From a virus: a stretch of 64,000 nucleotides of DNA. The stretch spans positions 1 to 64,000 of the IMG/VR virus record IMGVR_UViG_3300037851_000057; one strand, written 5' to 3'. Numbering within the stretch: position 1 is the first letter of the stretch; the number at the start of each line of letters is the position of its first letter. Below are positions 9,699 to 17,991 of the stretch, in pieces. The notes under the pieces are model-generated. The model was not told where the DNA came from and searched no databases. It saw only the letters and a program-made list of their open reading frames with translations. The position numbers and the translations under genes are program-made.

Positions 9699-10412
9699 TC
9701 ACAACGGAAGTCGGATCTGCTTTGCGGCACTCTCCAAATCCCGGTCCCAACCCGGGGTCGGGCCGTGTCTCTGGAACAACGCTTCCCGAATGGTGGCAAC
9801 GATGGGCTCGACGGGGAGGTTGTGCTCGGACCATGGGATCTTGACCACCTGCATACCATTCGACCACGGATGTTTTCCGGCTTCAATCTCCGCCAGCAAC
9901 CGATGGTACGCTCCGGTCAGCTCTGTGAGATACCCCACGCCGATCACTTCCTCGCCCGGCCGGGCTCGCCCCTGGATGCGCTCCAAGGCCACCTCGGGTT
10001 GCACATCCAGGTAGACGAGCATGGTGGGCTGGAGATGGGGGATGCTCATGAACTCGGCGTACAGGGCCTCGTAAGTTTCCCACTCCAGCTTGTGGATGTT
10101 GCCCGCCTGGTAGTGAAGCCACGCGAACACCCGGTCCCCGGGCATCCCGCGGTCCAAGAGACACCCAGCCACGTTCCCACACCGGCACTCCAGCATCGCC
10201 AGCCTATGGATCTCCCACCGCCGCCTCAGCATCTCGACCTGGAGCGAGAACGCCCACCGCTTGGGGTCGGCGTAGAACAGCTCCAGGTAGCCCTTGTCGG
10301 CCACCGGCTCAGGGAAGGCTCGGAAGCCGAGGGCCTTCTCCAGTTGGGAGGTCAGCCGGCTCTTGCCGGCCGCGATCAGTCCTTCAATCCATAGGGTAGG
10401 CTTCATTGTCAT
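9699..10412 (-). CDS. deoxynucleoside kinase
   Basis: P-loop IEGLIAAGKSRL, DRGMPGDRVFA, LID-like IQGRARPGEE. ATG 10412 overlaps the upstream stop as ATGA (alternative ATG 10406). Confidence 0.8.
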   Translation of the reverse strand: MTMKPTLWIEGLIAAGKSRLTSQLEKALGFRAFPEPVADKGYLELFYADPKRWAFSLQVEMLRRRWEIHRLAMLECRCGNVAGCLLDRGMPGDRVFAWLHYQAGNIHKLEWETYEALYAEFMSIPHLQPTMLVYLDVQPEVALERIQGRARPGEEVIGVGYLTELTGAYHRLLAEIEAGKHPWSNGMQVVKIPWSEHNLPVEPIVATIREALFQRHGPTPGWDRDLESAAKQIRLPL

Positions 10413-10714
10413 CCTCTCACCACGCCAGCCGCCACCGTGGGTTGTGCCGTCTCCATCACTCGTTGTCGGAGCCCGTTGTAGGCCACGTCGCTCAGCTTGC
10501 GGCATCGCTGGAGCGCCACGAGCACGCCGAGGGCGTGTCCGAACTTGATCCGATACTGGTCAAAGGCCCGCTTACGGTCGGGCGCCAGGGGAATGAGGTC
10601 AATCTGGCGCCGCTCGGACTCCAGCTTGTCTACCAGCTCCATCACCCATGCCCGGGCCTGTTCCTCAGAGTCGATGGACGCCCCGGTTGGGCACTCGAAC
10701 TTCACTTCATCCAT
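10409..10714 (-). CDS. hypothetical protein (101 aa)
   Basis: Track ORF trimmed to ATG 10714, which lies 5 nt after GGAGG. GC3-rich. Confidence 0.55.
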   Translation of the reverse strand: MDEVKFECPTGASIDSEEQARAWVMELVDKLESERRQIDLIPLAPDRKRAFDQYRIKFGHALGVLVALQRCRKLSDVAYNGLRQRVMETAQPTVAAGVVRG

Positions 10715-10791
10715 GATGGCCTCCACAGACTATTGAGTCCCCGTCCCCGGTTTCGGGAACATCCTACCACGCCAAAAACAGCGTGCGACGA

Positions 10792-12213
10792 TCAGCGGTT
10801 GGGAACGATAGGGGGCATCGCGCCCGCGGGCTGGGGCGGGATGATGGGCACTGGAGCCGCGGGAACCGGCACGGTCACCACCACGGTCTGGTCCGGGCCC
10901 TTCGCGGAGTCCATGCCCATGACCATCGTAGAGCCGGGCTCTTTTTCCTTTGACGCGGGGATGCTCCCCAGCTCGGCGCCGTGCTGGCTCCACCCCTCCC
11001 GCGCCTTCCGGGAGAACAGCTCGCCCTTCACGCCCGGGCAATACTTCTGGACGATCTCGTAGAACACGTCCGGCTTCTGGGAGTGTTGCTCAGGCGCCGC
11101 CGTGAACAGCGTGCTGGGGCAGGGCTTCTCCAGGAACTTGGTCCCGCCCTCGCCCTTGGTGGCCAGGATGCAATGCTCGGTCTGCCCACGGAGCCAATCG
11201 CCCACGCCCATCTTGGTCTTGGCCCAGGTCAGAAGCCCACGGGCTTCCAGTCCCCACGCCTTGAGAACGTCCAGGGCCTCGCCGCTCAGGAGATGGGCGT
11301 TGGTCACCCACAGCCACACCACGGCGTCCTTCTCGATGGGGAGCTTGAGCGCCTTGATCTCATCCGTGGTCATCGTCGGGTAGGGCGTCCGGCCACGTTG
11401 GGTGGAGTCATCCTCCCGGGTCTTGTTGAAGGTCCACGGCGGGTCCACCACGAGCACTTGAACGATGCCCTTGGGTGGCGGGTTCGCCTTGATGGCCTTG
11501 AGCTGTTCCTCGAAGGTGAGCTTCCGCTCCGCGTCGCGCACATTCTTGGCGTCGCCCTTCTCGATGGCCTTCATGATCTTCTCTTGCTTGGTCGGCGTGT
11601 GCTTGGCCAAAGCCGCCGCCTCGTGGACGCGCATGGCGCCTTTGTCCACCGCCTTCTGGACCGCCTCGATGGCGCCCTTGCGGACCTTGTTGGCATACGC
11701 CACCAACCGGGTAGAGACGCCACCCACAGCGTTGGCCGCATCTTCGGCCGCCGTGTGAGCGGGGGTCCGAGGGCTTGACTGCAAATTTGCAGTCAAGCCT
11801 TCCTCTTTCGCTTTACCCTTGGCCTTGGTCTTGGTCGCCTCGCCCCCTGCTTTTCGGCCTTCCTCTGCCCGGAGCTTGGCCGCCTTCTCGTACAGATCGG
11901 TCAGCTTTGACGCGATCATGGCCAGTTGGCTCTCGTTCAAGTGGCGCCGCTTGACGTTCAAGCTCACCACCTCTCGCGCCAGCTCGTAATCGTCCTCGTG
12001 TTTCGAGCGGATGTAGCTGGGGTCAATGCCCAGCTCCTTGCACGCCTTGTAGCGATGCCGGCCGTCCACGATGCGACCGTCCTTGCTCAGTAGGATGGGG
12101 TTCTGGAGCCCGCGGAGCTTGATGTCCTGTTTCAGCTCGTGGAACTCCAGCTCCGTCATCTCGGGCATGAGGGACGCTACCGGGTGAATCTTCATGGGCT
12201 TGACCTTGCTCAT
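10792..12213 (-). CDS. ParB-like nuclease domain fused to MT-A70-type (DPPW) DNA N6-adenine methyltransferase
   Basis: N-terminus: NPILLSKDGRIVDGRHRYKA (ParB/Srx fold). C-terminus: VVDPPWTF, YPTMTTDEI, WLWVTNAHL, TWAKTKMGVGDWLRGQTEHCIL, HSQKPD. RBS is GAGGAGAGCGACGT before the ATG. Confidence 0.9.
   Translation of the reverse strand: MSKVKPMKIHPVASLMPEMTELEFHELKQDIKLRGLQNPILLSKDGRIVDGRHRYKACKELGIDPSYIRSKHEDDYELAREVVSLNVKRRHLNESQLAMIASKLTDLYEKAAKLRAEEGRKAGGEATKTKAKGKAKEEGLTANLQSSPRTPAHTAAEDAANAVGGVSTRLVAYANKVRKGAIEAVQKAVDKGAMRVHEAAALAKHTPTKQEKIMKAIEKGDAKNVRDAERKLTFEEQLKAIKANPPPKGIVQVLVVDPPWTFNKTREDDSTQRGRTPYPTMTTDEIKALKLPIEKDAVVWLWVTNAHLLSGEALDVLKAWGLEARGLLTWAKTKMGVGDWLRGQTEHCILATKGEGGTKFLEKPCPSTLFTAAPEQHSQKPDVFYEIVQKYCPGVKGELFSRKAREGWSQHGAELGSIPASKEKEPGSTMVMGMDSAKGPDQTVVVTVPVPAAPVPIIPPQPAGAMPPIVPNR
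11772..11799. repeat. 28-bp perfect palindrome GGCTTGACTGCAAATTTGCAGTCAAGCC, copy 1 (inside the ParB-methylase linker)
   Basis: Read directly. A 34-nt stretch (11769-11802) is identical to 56295-56328. Confidence 0.95.
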
Positions 12214-12857
12214 ACGTCGCTCTCCTCTACGGATTCCAGTATCCGCTCATAACAGTTGTCCACCACTTGCTGGAATGGACGCATGGCATCGATCACGTCC
12301 CACCGGCCATTCCCCTCGTGTTGCTTCCACAGCTCTCGATAGGACTCGACCACCTTGGTGGTGAAGTCCAGCTTCCCCTCGTACAGCTCAGGCGCGAGGT
12401 CACCATCCCGCGCCGCCCGCCGCCGCATCGCCTCCTCCGGGGTGATGTCCAGCAACAGGCTCAGGTCCGGCTCGGCCATCATCTCGTGAACGCGCTCCAG
12501 CCACGCCCGGTCCAGACCATCCAGGCCGCCGTAGACCCACCCACTCTGCCAGTAGCGGGCCACGATGACCCGAGGGCCCTCGGGCTCGTTCAAACTGGCG
12601 TCCATGAGCTTGGGCATGAACTCCAAACGGTTCACCACCTGGAGGGCCTGGAAGGCGAGGGCACTGTAGTGCTTGGAGACTTGGGCCGTGCCGTAGACGG
12701 GGATGTACCAATTCTTGCGGAGATAGTCCCGGATGATGGGCCCGGTCACGCCGGCATCGTTGGGGAAGGCCATCGCCTCCGCCTTCAACCGCCTCGCCAG
12801 CTCCTCAGCCACGCTCGTCTTGCCCGAACCATCAGATCCTTCGATGACGATCAACAT
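12210..12857 (-). CDS. tmk: thymidylate kinase
   Basis: MLIVIEGSDGSGKTS P-loop typical of Tmk. 215 aa. Stop overlaps the next start as ATGA. Confidence 0.9.
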   Translation of the reverse strand: MLIVIEGSDGSGKTSVAEELARRLKAEAMAFPNDAGVTGPIIRDYLRKNWYIPVYGTAQVSKHYSALAFQALQVVNRLEFMPKLMDASLNEPEGPRVIVARYWQSGWVYGGLDGLDRAWLERVHEMMAEPDLSLLLDITPEEAMRRRAARDGDLAPELYEGKLDFTTKVVESYRELWKQHEGNGRWDVIDAMRPFQQVVDNCYERILESVEESDV

Positions 12858-13327
12858 ACGTGTTTCCAGCTTTCTCTACGGACGATGGCACTGACGTGTT
12901 GTGAACTCAATCCGTACTCTTGCGCGATGCGCGTCTGAGACACTGTTGTTGCGAGCTGACGGATACGTCGCACATCTTTGTCCGTCAACTTGGCCCCAGG
13001 AACATCCGAGCCCCTAAGTATAGACCGCCGCCCCTTCCGAATCATGTCTTGGACGTTATCGCGTTGCGTACCCAGACGTAGATGATCAGGACAAACACAG
13101 GCCGGGTTATCACAGGTATGCAGCACCGACATTCCCGCGGGAATCGGCCCAACAAAGTGAGCATATGCCCACCGATGGGCTGCAATGGTGTGACCGTCAC
13201 ACCAAAAACTACCGTAACCAAACTCTTTAATAACGCCGCCAACCCATAACCAGCAACTCCGTGTCCTTCGGACACGGGACAAAAACCTACTTTCAGGCGA
13301 TGGACGCGGATAGACACCCCGAGGCAT
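12851..13327 (-). CDS. HNH homing endonuclease (HNH_3-type with C-terminal HTH)
   Basis: ..FGYGSFWCDGHTIAAHRWAY.., LHTCDNPACVCPDHLRLGTQRDN. Visibly lower GC than its neighbours. Own canonical SD TAGGAGGTAAGAT before the ATG. Confidence 0.85.
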   Translation of the reverse strand: MPRGVYPRPSPESRFLSRVRRTRSCWLWVGGVIKEFGYGSFWCDGHTIAAHRWAYAHFVGPIPAGMSVLHTCDNPACVCPDHLRLGTQRDNVQDMIRKGRRSILRGSDVPGAKLTDKDVRRIRQLATTVSQTRIAQEYGLSSQHVSAIVRRESWKHVC

Positions 13328-13390
13328 ATCTTACCTCCTAGTGAGGCATCCGGTCTAACATGATGGTGCTGCCCCTGTCAATCCGCGCCT
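12851..13390 (-). mobile_element. free-standing homing-endonuclease gene cassette (HNH ORF plus its own upstream signals)
   Basis: Compositional break (AT-richer). An RBS unlike the phage-typical motif. TTGACA at 13370-13375 (minus strand). Inserted between two phage operon genes. Confidence 0.45.
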
Positions 13391-13657
13391 TCAACCGCGA
13401 TCAACATCGGGCGCCTCGGGGGTCATGATCTGGGCCGCCACCATCGCCTTCTGGCTCGGGGTCAGCACGTTCAAGCCGCGGAGAACGTCCCGTTGCTGGC
13501 TCAGCAACCCGATGGCCTTGTGGTAGGCATCGGCGTCCACCTTCTCACCCGCGCTTTCACAGTTGATGGCCTCCCGCCGTAGCAGGTCGATGGCCACCTG
13601 GAGGCCGGGCTCCAGCGTGCCGTAGCTCATGGGCCGGTACTCAGGTCTTGCTTCCAT
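13391..13657 (-). CDS. hypothetical protein (88 aa)
   Basis: Track ORF. ATG 13657 is preceded by GAGGAGAGCGAAC. Confidence 0.6.
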   Translation of the reverse strand: MEARPEYRPMSYGTLEPGLQVAIDLLRREAINCESAGEKVDADAYHKAIGLLSQQRDVLRGLNVLTPSQKAMVAAQIMTPEAPDVDRG

Positions 13658-13880
13658 GTTCGCTCTCCTCTGGATTCAGGTTCTCGTCCACGAGCGTCCG
13701 CAACGCCGCGCTCCGGTTGGGGAGCTTACGCTCCGCCTTGAACCGCTCCAACGCTGCCAGTTGCTTTTCCTCGAATCGGACGATGGTTGTGGACGGGTTC
13801 TCCAGACTCGGCTTGCGGCCGGCGCCGTCCCGCCGCCCGCCATGCTGGGGCTTCTGTTTCGCTCTCCTCTTGGACTTCAT
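13641..13880 (-). CDS. ribbon-helix-helix (CopG/Arc-like) DNA-binding protein
   Basis: Trimmed to ATG 13880 (GGGAG upstream). Basic N-terminus, then TTIVRFEEKQLAALERFKAERKLPNRSAALRTLV, an RHH pattern. Confidence 0.5.
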   Translation of the reverse strand: MKSKRRAKQKPQHGGRRDGAGRKPSLENPSTTIVRFEEKQLAALERFKAERKLPNRSAALRTLVDENLNPEESEHGSKT

Positions 13881-13902
13881 GACGCACTCCCTTACCTCCA
13901 AG

Positions 13903-13920
13903 CATATACAAAATCAAGTC
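13903..13920 (-). promoter_or_regulatory. degenerate half-copy of the promoter/operator motif (CTTGATTTTG-TATATG)
   Basis: Minus strand reads ggaCTTGATTTTGTATATGcttgg. The left arm and a -10-like box are conserved. The right arm and -35 are not. Confidence 0.2.
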
Positions 13921-14252
13921 CCCAGCCAAGCAAACTGGAACAGCCGCTTGCCCGTCTTGAAAGCGAGCCGGGCCGCGCCCGCGTCAGGGGCCTTCACCTC
14001 GAAGGCCACGATGACGGCCGCCCGGTCAGGGTTGGCTAGCTCCAGGGCCGCCTCCAACGTCTCAGCCGCGTGAGTGTCCTTCCCCTCGTCATCGCACACC
14101 ACCACGATCCACTTCTTGGAGCCCGACTCCGGGCCCACGGTCAGGTGCAGCTCGTCATGGATCACGTCCACCCCACGGAGCTTCCAAGGCACGTTGCCCG
14201 GGCCCCACACCTTGACCTTGTGCTGTTCCAGCAATCTCGCCACATCACTCAT
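13914..14252 (-). CDS. hypothetical protein (112 aa)
   Basis: C-terminal part of track ORF 13914..14705. ATG 14252 follows GGAGGA. The track N-terminal extension looks non-coding. Confidence 0.55.
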   Translation of the reverse strand: MSDVARLLEQHKVKVWGPGNVPWKLRGVDVIHDELHLTVGPESGSKKWIVVVCDDEGKDTHAAETLEAALELANPDRAAVIVAFEVKAPDAGAARLAFKTGKRLFQFAWLGT

Positions 14253-14272
14253 GCTTCCTCCGATTCCAGCCA

Positions 14273-14791
14273 TCATACGCCCCTGAGCGAGCGGACCAAG
14301 AGCTTCCCGGCCAAGTCGCTCGCCTCTTGGCTCGGCTCGTAGACCACACCCTTGGGCAGATCGAAGATGGAGCACCACAGGTAGTCCGGGGGCCGCGTCG
14401 CCCGCCAGTCGATTCCCTGGAGCGCCCGGGCCTGAGCCGGCCACATGCCCGTGGTCAGGTCGATGATCTCCCCACCGGCCGGATGGACCGCCCAGACGTG
14501 CATCTCGGGGAGCGTGTCCGCCAGCTCCGCCTGGGCCACGTACAGCTTCCCACCGGGCTGGTACTCGTAGCCGAAACGGTTGGGACTCACCCCATCGTCC
14601 AGCTCGGTCGCCACGCATGGCCAGTAGGCCGTCCCCGCCTGGAGGCGGAAGTAGTGGTCCCGCTTGTTGGCGACCACGGCCACCGCCCACGCATGGTAGA
14701 GGCACGCTTGCCTCAGCTCCACGCCCGGGAACACCCGCCGCACGAGCTTGCGGGCCTCCGCCACGATGATGCGCCGCTCCGTTCTGTTCAT
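14273..14791 (-). CDS. hypothetical protein (172 aa)
   Basis: Trimmed to ATG 14791, which overlaps the upstream stop as ATGA. Confidence 0.55.
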   Translation of the reverse strand: MNRTERRIIVAEARKLVRRVFPGVELRQACLYHAWAVAVVANKRDHYFRLQAGTAYWPCVATELDDGVSPNRFGYEYQPGGKLYVAQAELADTLPEMHVWAVHPAGGEIIDLTTGMWPAQARALQGIDWRATRPPDYLWCSIFDLPKGVVYEPSQEASDLAGKLLVRSLRGV

Positions 14792-15039
14792 TGGCCCTTG
14801 TTCTCCAGCACAGCCAGCGCCTTCACGCACATGGGCCCCTGCCACTTCTGGCCGAAGCTCTTGAGGCCGATGACCGCGCATCCCGTGGCCACGTCCAGCT
14901 CGGCCGCGGAGACGTGAGCGCACCGCTCGCGCAACCGCTCGCACGGGTCCCCGATGTAGCCCATGCGGTACGCCCGCACGCCAATCCACGCTCCGATGGC
15001 GCCCAACAACAGCAACAGCAATCCAGCTCTCCGTGTCAT
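14788..15039 (-). CDS. small secreted/membrane protein (83 aa)
   Basis: N-terminal hydrophobic RRAGLLLLLLGAIGAWIGV. RBS GGAGGAGAGCG before the ATG. Confidence 0.55.
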   Translation of the reverse strand: MTRRAGLLLLLLGAIGAWIGVRAYRMGYIGDPCERLRERCAHVSAAELDVATGCAVIGLKSFGQKWQGPMCVKALAVLENKGQ

Positions 15040-15350
15040 CGCTCTCCTCCTTGTTTCCGTTTCTCCAGCTCACGCATCACCTGGAGCGCGAACCGCCACC
15101 CACAGGTGAGGCCACAGAAGTAGCCATCCCCGTAGCGCCCGTACTCGCCCGCCCACAAGCTCAGCATGGACCGAAGTTGCCCCTCAGCGTAGCCGGGCCG
15201 CGGTCGGCGCCGAAGGACGGACACCACCGGCTTGTCGTAGATGGTCGCGGGGTCTGGCTCTCCGTCCTTGAGGTCGTAGTGGTAGGTCCGCTTGGGCAGT
15301 TGCCTCCCACAATACTGGCAGGTCGGCCGTGGCGTCTTGGGCTTGCTCAT
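15036..15350 (-). CDS. zinc-ribbon protein (104 aa)
   Basis: CQYCGRQ...CGLTCGW. ATG 15350 overlaps the upstream stop (ATGA). Confidence 0.55.
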   Translation of the reverse strand: MSKPKTPRPTCQYCGRQLPKRTYHYDLKDGEPDPATIYDKPVVSVLRRRPRPGYAEGQLRSMLSLWAGEYGRYGDGYFCGLTCGWRFALQVMRELEKRKQGGER

Positions 15351-15805
15351 AAGCCGCCCCACACCACCGGGTTGGGCCCAGGCGCCAGGAAGGTCCGGCT
15401 CACGTCCGCCGCTTCCACCCGAATGAACCCCGCCCGCTCCAGCCGGGTGAGCACCCCCTCCAGCTCCGCCTTGGGCACCTCCCGGCACAGCCGCGCCGCG
15501 ATCTGGGGGTAGCTCACGCCGTCCGGCTCCGCCTGGATGACAGTGAACACCTCCTGGCCGAGGGTCATGCCGTAACGTCGGCACCAACACTCGGGATCGT
15601 CGCACGCAACGCCCCGCGGCCGGGCCTGCTCATCCCGCCGCCGAAGGTCCTCCGCCGTCGCCTCGCGGACCACCTCATCCTCGGACGCCCAATAGTGGCC
15701 ACCCCCGTGAGCATGGAACACGAGGGCCGTGGCCCGGTCCAAGCGCATCTCACCGCGCCCCGCGATGACGTAGATCCGCCCTGCTACCAGATCTTCCCGC
15801 TTCAT
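15347..15805 (-). CDS. hypothetical protein with C-terminal winged-helix-like region (152 aa)
   Basis: ..VSYPQIAARLCREVPKAELEGVLTRLERAGFIRV.. ATGA overlap at its start. Confidence 0.5.
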   Translation of the reverse strand: MKREDLVAGRIYVIAGRGEMRLDRATALVFHAHGGGHYWASEDEVVREATAEDLRRRDEQARPRGVACDDPECWCRRYGMTLGQEVFTVIQAEPDGVSYPQIAARLCREVPKAELEGVLTRLERAGFIRVEAADVSRTFLAPGPNPVVWGGL

Positions 15806-16131
15806 GGCGTCCCCCCGAGCAAGCTGGCCACGTAGGCGTCCGCCTCCGCCGTGTCCGAGATGACGCGCAACACCGTGTCATGCCAGAGCACGAGCCACGC
15901 TTGGTTGACCGGGCTCCAGACCTTGGACACGCCGTTCATGGTCTGGCGAGCCGCCCTCTTGGCCTTGCACCGTTGCCGCGCCGCCTGTTGCTCCAGCTTT
16001 GCGGTCAGCCTGGGGTGCCTGGGCTGGGGAGGGAACGCGGGAGCCGGGCCCTTCGCGCACTTGGAGCACAGCCCCAGCTCGGACTTGGTGATCTTCCGCT
16101 TCTCACAGTTGATGCACATGGACTCGCTCAT
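15802..16131 (-). CDS. zinc-finger protein (109 aa)
   Basis: CINCEKRK...CSKCAK at the N-terminus. ATGA overlaps at both ends. Confidence 0.55.
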   Translation of the reverse strand: MSESMCINCEKRKITKSELGLCSKCAKGPAPAFPPQPRHPRLTAKLEQQAARQRCKAKRAARQTMNGVSKVWSPVNQAWLVLWHDTVLRVISDTAEADAYVASLLGGTP

Positions 16132-16355
16132 GACTCACCCATCCTTCGGATCTTGTACTCGCAGAACACGGTCACGATGTTGCGGGCTCGCTCGATGGCC
16201 AGCTCGTCCGTCACCACCTCGCCGCGCCGGGTCAGGATCAGCTTGGTCACCGCCTCTACCGCTTCCCGCGGGGTCATGGTGCCGTCATCGAAGGCATCGC
16301 CCCCACAGCTCTCTCGCGGATTCCCGCCCGTCTCGTGGAACTTGCAGCACTTCAC
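16128..16355 (-). CDS. hypothetical protein (75 aa)
   Basis: Track ORF trimmed to GTG 16355, which overlaps the upstream stop as GTGA. Confidence 0.45.
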   Translation of the reverse strand: MKCCKFHETGGNPRESCGGDAFDDGTMTPREAVEAVTKLILTRRGEVVTDELAIERARNIVTVFCEYKIRRMGES

Positions 16356-16552
16356 AGCGCACCGCCTTCCGGCTTGGGCTCGACCACCCGACGCAACCGG
16401 GCCGCGCCGCGGATACGAACCTGGCGCCCGGTCTTGGTGTTGGTCCCGATCCACCCACCGAAGGGGCTCTCAGCGTCCAGCCTCACCGTGGTCAACGCGC
16501 CACTCACCTTCACCACGTACAGAGCACCGATGGTCACGTCCGCCTTTTTCAT
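16352..16552 (-). CDS. hypothetical protein (66 aa)
   Basis: ATG 16552 after GGAGGAGAGCGAC. First gene downstream of promoter copy P1. Confidence 0.6.
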   Translation of the reverse strand: MKKADVTIGALYVVKVSGALTTVRLDAESPFGGWIGTNTKTGRQVRIRGAARLRRVVEPKPEGGAL

Positions 16553-16564
16553 GTCGCTCTCCTC

Positions 16565-16602
16565 CTTGATTCTGATTATACAGAATCAAGCGCCAATGTC
16601 AA
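16565..16602 (-). promoter_or_regulatory. promoter/operator module P1: TTGACA-16 nt-TATAAT with 10-bp inverted arms flanking the -10 box
   Basis: Minus strand: TTGACAttggcgCTTGATTCTGTATAATCAGAATCAAGgagg. -35 = 16597-16602. -10 = 16575-16580. Arms 16565-74 and 16581-90 match 10/10. Confidence 0.7.
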
Positions 16603-16603
16603 G

Positions 16604-16888
16604 TCAACCTTCGGCCCGCGTGTCCTTCCACATGGAAGGGCCGGTCACGTACACCTGGAAGTTGGCCACGATGCTGGAAAGGTACGCCGAGTAGTTCTCG
16701 GTGTGCGTCCACACGCCCCCGCTCACGTCCATCCGCGCCATCGGCCGCGCCAAGTGAACCAGGGGCTCGTGACCTTCCACGGCCTCGATGCGGGTGATGA
16801 TACTGGAGCCGAAGGCGCCCTCGAACGATTGCACTACGTCACCAACGGCCACTTCGCTTGCGTCTTGGTACTTGCGGGTTTCTTGCAT
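16604..16888 (-). CDS. hypothetical protein (94 aa)
   Basis: ATG 16888 after AAGGAGAGCGACC. The only gene between promoter copies P2 and P1. Confidence 0.6.
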   Translation of the reverse strand: MQETRKYQDASEVAVGDVVQSFEGAFGSSIITRIEAVEGHEPLVHLARPMARMDVSGGVWTHTENYSAYLSSIVANFQVYVTGPSMWKDTRAEG

Positions 16889-16897
16889 GGTCGCTCT

Positions 16898-16936
16898 CCT
16901 TGATTGTCATTATACACAATCAAGGGAGCGTGTCAA
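16898..16936 (-). promoter_or_regulatory. promoter/operator module P2
   Basis: Minus strand: TTGACAcgctcCCTTGATTGTGTATAATGACAATCAAGGagagcgaccATG. -35 = 16931-36. -10 = 16909-14. A-tract (UP-like) just upstream of -35. Confidence 0.7.
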
Positions 16937-16973
16937 CACGATTCCAGTCTTTTTTTCTGGGGACGATCCAGGG

Positions 16974-17468
16974 TCAGTTGGTAGTGGGAGCGCCGTGCGC
17001 TTCCAGCATCGCCGGCATGGTGTCATCCACCGCGGCTTGCTGGACTTGCTGGAAGGATGGGAGCCGGGCCGCCTTGAACTCGGACACGTCAACCGCCACG
17101 GCCGTCTCCCCGACAACAGGCGCCAGGGCTCCGTGTTCCTCGGGCGCCACCGGGGGCCTGAGGGCGGGGCTCGGAGTCGGGGGGCCCACCGCGGGGGCCT
17201 CGATGGCGTGCGCCTTCTCCAGCTTGTCCAGCCGAAGGGCCACCTCGTCCAGCCGTCCGGCCAACAGCTCGTAGACGCCTTGCTGAGTCCGGGAGGCCAT
17301 CGCCTTCTCGATGATGGCGTCTACCCGGTTCCAGATCGCGCCGCCGAAGCCAGCCAGGGCCGCGAGCACGAGGGCGAGGGCCTTCCAGTCAACGGCCGCC
17401 AACGCCTTGATGCACCGGAGAATGAGGGGGTCTTTGGGGTTGTCCTTGGTGGGCTCAGTATCGCTCAT
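16974..17468 (-). CDS. membrane protein (164 aa, one TM helix)
   Basis: TM segment ALALVLAALAGFGGAIW, then coiled-coil and P-rich regions. Confidence 0.6.
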   Translation of the reverse strand: MSDTEPTKDNPKDPLILRCIKALAAVDWKALALVLAALAGFGGAIWNRVDAIIEKAMASRTQQGVYELLAGRLDEVALRLDKLEKAHAIEAPAVGPPTPSPALRPPVAPEEHGALAPVVGETAVAVDVSEFKAARLPSFQQVQQAAVDDTMPAMLEAHGAPTTN

Positions 17469-17491
17469 GCCCCCAAGCTACCAGAATGGGC

Positions 17492-17815
17492 TCAGTCGGC
17501 AAGCCCAGAGGTCCGGTCGCCAGCCAGGTGGTTCTCCATCTGGGCCAGCACCTCGCGCACGCTCACGATGTCCCGGGGGTCCATGAACGGGAAGGGCTTG
17601 TCGGGTTGGTCCTGGCTCTCCTTGCCGATGCGGAAGGACCGCCGCACGCCCCCATTGTCCAGGTTGGCCGCCTGGAGCACGAGCACGATGCGCCCATGCT
17701 GGAAGGTTTGCTCCGTCCGCCATTGGAGCGGCGCCCTTGGTTCCCGTTGTTCACGCTCACCGCCGCCGTCCCGATGCCCACGATGCTGCCGGCCGTTGTC
17801 GCCACGATAGCCCAT
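17492..17815 (-). CDS. hypothetical protein (107 aa)
   Basis: Trimmed to ATG 17815 after AGAGGAGATC. Basic/Gly-rich N-terminus. Confidence 0.55.
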   Translation of the reverse strand: MGYRGDNGRQHRGHRDGGGEREQREPRAPLQWRTEQTFQHGRIVLVLQAANLDNGGVRRSFRIGKESQDQPDKPFPFMDPRDIVSVREVLAQMENHLAGDRTSGLAD

Positions 17816-17865
17816 GATCTCCTCTTGGTGTTGTGCGGGAGAACCCCCGCGATTGAATCCAGCTT

Positions 17866-17991
17866 TCACTTGCCCCGCATTGCTCGAAGGGCCGCGCACA
17901 GTAGGTTGAAGGCACCGGCTCCCACCGCCCACCCAAAGCCGAAGGCCGCCCCGTAGAGGGCCGCCGCCAGAAGGGCGTACTGGTCAGGCAT
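17866..17991 (-). CDS. possible small hydrophobic peptide (41 aa, MPDQYALLAAALYGAAFGFGWAVGAGAFNLLCAALRAMRGK)
   Basis: Below the track size cut-off. ATG 17991 overlaps the mazG-like stop (ATGCCTGA). GC3-rich. One TM-like stretch. Confidence 0.3.
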   Translation of the reverse strand: MPDQYALLAAALYGAAFGFGWAVGAGAFNLLCAALRAMRGK

